Below are positions 14,797 through 15,969 of a stretch of 15,969 bases of DNA, piece after piece. Source of the DNA: Tsukamurella soli. GTDB taxonomy: Bacteria > Actinomycetota > Actinomycetes > Mycobacteriales > Mycobacteriaceae. The position numbers and the translations under genes were made by a program. How positions within the stretch are numbered: position 1 is the stretch's first letter; every line of letters begins with the position of its first letter. The DNA lies in assembly GCF_039541155.1 (NCBI RefSeq), contig NZ_BAABFR010000108.1, positions 1 through 15,969 on the forward strand. Reading direction: 5' to 3'. The notes under the pieces were generated by a model. That model was not told the DNA's origin and ran no database searches. It worked only from the letters and a program-made list of their open reading frames with translations.

Positions 14797-15969
14797 CTAT
14801 GCATTCAAACCCTCCACGGCATCGATGACCTCCCGGACCGACTGATACCGTCTTGAAGGTTCGGACTGCGAACACTTCTGAACGATCTTGCCGACAGGAT
14901 CTGTTCCAGGTAGGAGGTTATGCACCCCCTTGAAGATGTACGAAAGAACGACCCCTACCACCCAGATGTCGTTCACAGCTGTGAAATCTTTGAAGTCGCC
15001 TCCCAGGGCCGGGTCGATATATGTACCTCGCACCTCATCTCCGGTCTTAGTGAACCCTGAATCCACTTCTTTTGCGAGGCCGAAATCTGAGAGCTTGACA
15101 ACCGCAGCTTCGTCATCATACGCTTTAAGTAGGATGTTCTTGAGGCTTAGGTCTCGATGAAATATATGTTTGTAGTGCAGGTAGTTCAGTCCGTAAAGAA
15201 ACTGCAAGGTCAGTCTCTTTCTCGCGCCGAAGTCGAATGCGGGTTGATTGTTTCTGCGCTTGATGTACTGTTCTAAGGTGTACTCACAGTATTCCATCGT
15301 GTACGAGTAGTTGGACTCATCAAATGAGTATACTTCAACTATGTATGGAAACCTCAGGCCCTTCATGATTTCGTACTCGCGGAGGAATCTCGAACGCTCT
15401 TCTTCGGCAGAGTTCCGCCTGAGTTTCTTCCGTGCCACCGGGAAACCGTAGGTGGGGTCAATGTATCTGTGGACGTGCGCGAATGCGCCTTCTCCCACCA
15501 GCGTTAGGCGCGCACTCGGTGCCGCTGCAACGACCACAGCCTGTTCTCCTAGCCCGATCACAGCCTCGTACTGATCGATCGTTATTGGAGTGAAACCGGC
15601 AGGGATTGGGCTCCCGCCCCACTGTGTCAGCCACTCCTCTGAGTCTCGGAGTACTCGTTGGTACTCATTTGCGAGGACAAGTGTCTGCCCAGACTGCTCA
15701 AGCGCCAAAGTTAGTTTCCGAATCTCATCCTTAAGGGCGAGCAAGTTGCGACTGTTGTCGGCGTTGAAATGCCCCTCGGCCCCGTTTCGCGACTTGTAGT
15801 TCATAAAATCGAACTCTTTGTCAAGCTCTGCGTGAATACTTGCAAATGCTCTCGCCAGCCCTTGATCAAATTCAGAGTACAGATCCAAATACGCGTCATC
15901 TATGGGCTTGGTCTCGTACTCTCGCAAGAGCCGGGTAAGTCGCTTCTGGGCGGGAGAGTCTTCGGGCAC
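14797..15969 (-). CDS. Ser/Thr protein kinase with an unrecognised ~150-aa N-terminal region (probably 5'-truncated by the window edge)
   Basis: Gly-loop 'LVGEGAFAHV', VAxK-like 'PVARKK', 'REYEIMKGL', HRD 'FHRDLSLKNILL' (HRD at 15151-15159), DFG 'LSDFGLAK' (15079-15087), 'GTYIDPAL'. The ORF is open to position 15969, so the true start may lie outside the window. The block is low-GC. Confidence 0.85.
   Translation of the reverse strand: MPEDSPAQKRLTRLLREYETKPIDDAYLDLYSEFDQGLARAFASIHAELDKEFDFMNYKSRNGAEGHFNADNSRNLLALKDEIRKLTLALEQSGQTLVLANEYQRVLRDSEEWLTQWGGSPIPAGFTPITIDQYEAVIGLGEQAVVVAAAPSARLTLVGEGAFAHVHRYIDPTYGFPVARKKLRRNSAEEERSRFLREYEIMKGLRFPYIVEVYSFDESNYSYTMEYCEYTLEQYIKRRNNQPAFDFGARKRLTLQFLYGLNYLHYKHIFHRDLSLKNILLKAYDDEAAVVKLSDFGLAKEVDSGFTKTGDEVRGTYIDPALGGDFKDFTAVNDIWVVGVVLSYIFKGVHNLLPGTDPVGKIVQKCSQSEPSRRYQSVREVIDAVEGLNA

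Noticed and set aside
1-15969. A search for a CRISPR array or further cas genes to go with Cas1.
   Set aside because: I saw no regularly spaced 25-40-bp direct repeats anywhere, and no Cas2, Cas4 or effector-like ORFs. The only tandem repeats are a 25-bp microsatellite and a 22-bp duplication.

Overview
This is a high-GC, actinobacterial-looking segment: GTG starts, 4-nt ATGA/GTGA gene overlaps, and many spurious antisense ORFs. Composition is mosaic, with GC judged by eye only. Blocks of roughly 50-55% GC (about 480-2250, 2900-3880, 13550-15969) sit in a roughly 63-70% GC background. The window reads as a defence/mobilome island with five parts. (1) A translationally coupled DUF262 (ParB-like) + HEPN (RNRIAH motif) pair lies next to a truncated tyrosine-recombinase remnant. 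(2) An orphan 324-aa protein carries a HEPN-like RNALVH motif. (3) There is a ScoMcrA/COG3183-like HNH type IV restriction enzyme. (4) The centrepiece is a 7.1-kb bidirectional module. It encodes a solo Cas1 with a C-terminal IS5/DUF4096-type HTH, coupled to a MerR-like protein. The divergent operon encodes an Xis-type HTH, a small ORF, an HNH-finger protein, a complete family B DNA polymerase, and a same-frame downstream ORF separated from PolB by a single TGA. This is a casposon-like gene set with no Cas2, effector genes or CRISPR array in the window, and it is flanked by an imperfect 15-bp direct repeat. (5) A small secreted protein, about 550 bp of apparently non-coding DNA, and a low-GC pair made of a Ser/Thr protein kinase (runs off the window) and an Mrr-like PD-(D/E)xK nuclease protein. 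All domain calls come from motif recognition by eye. No searches were run.
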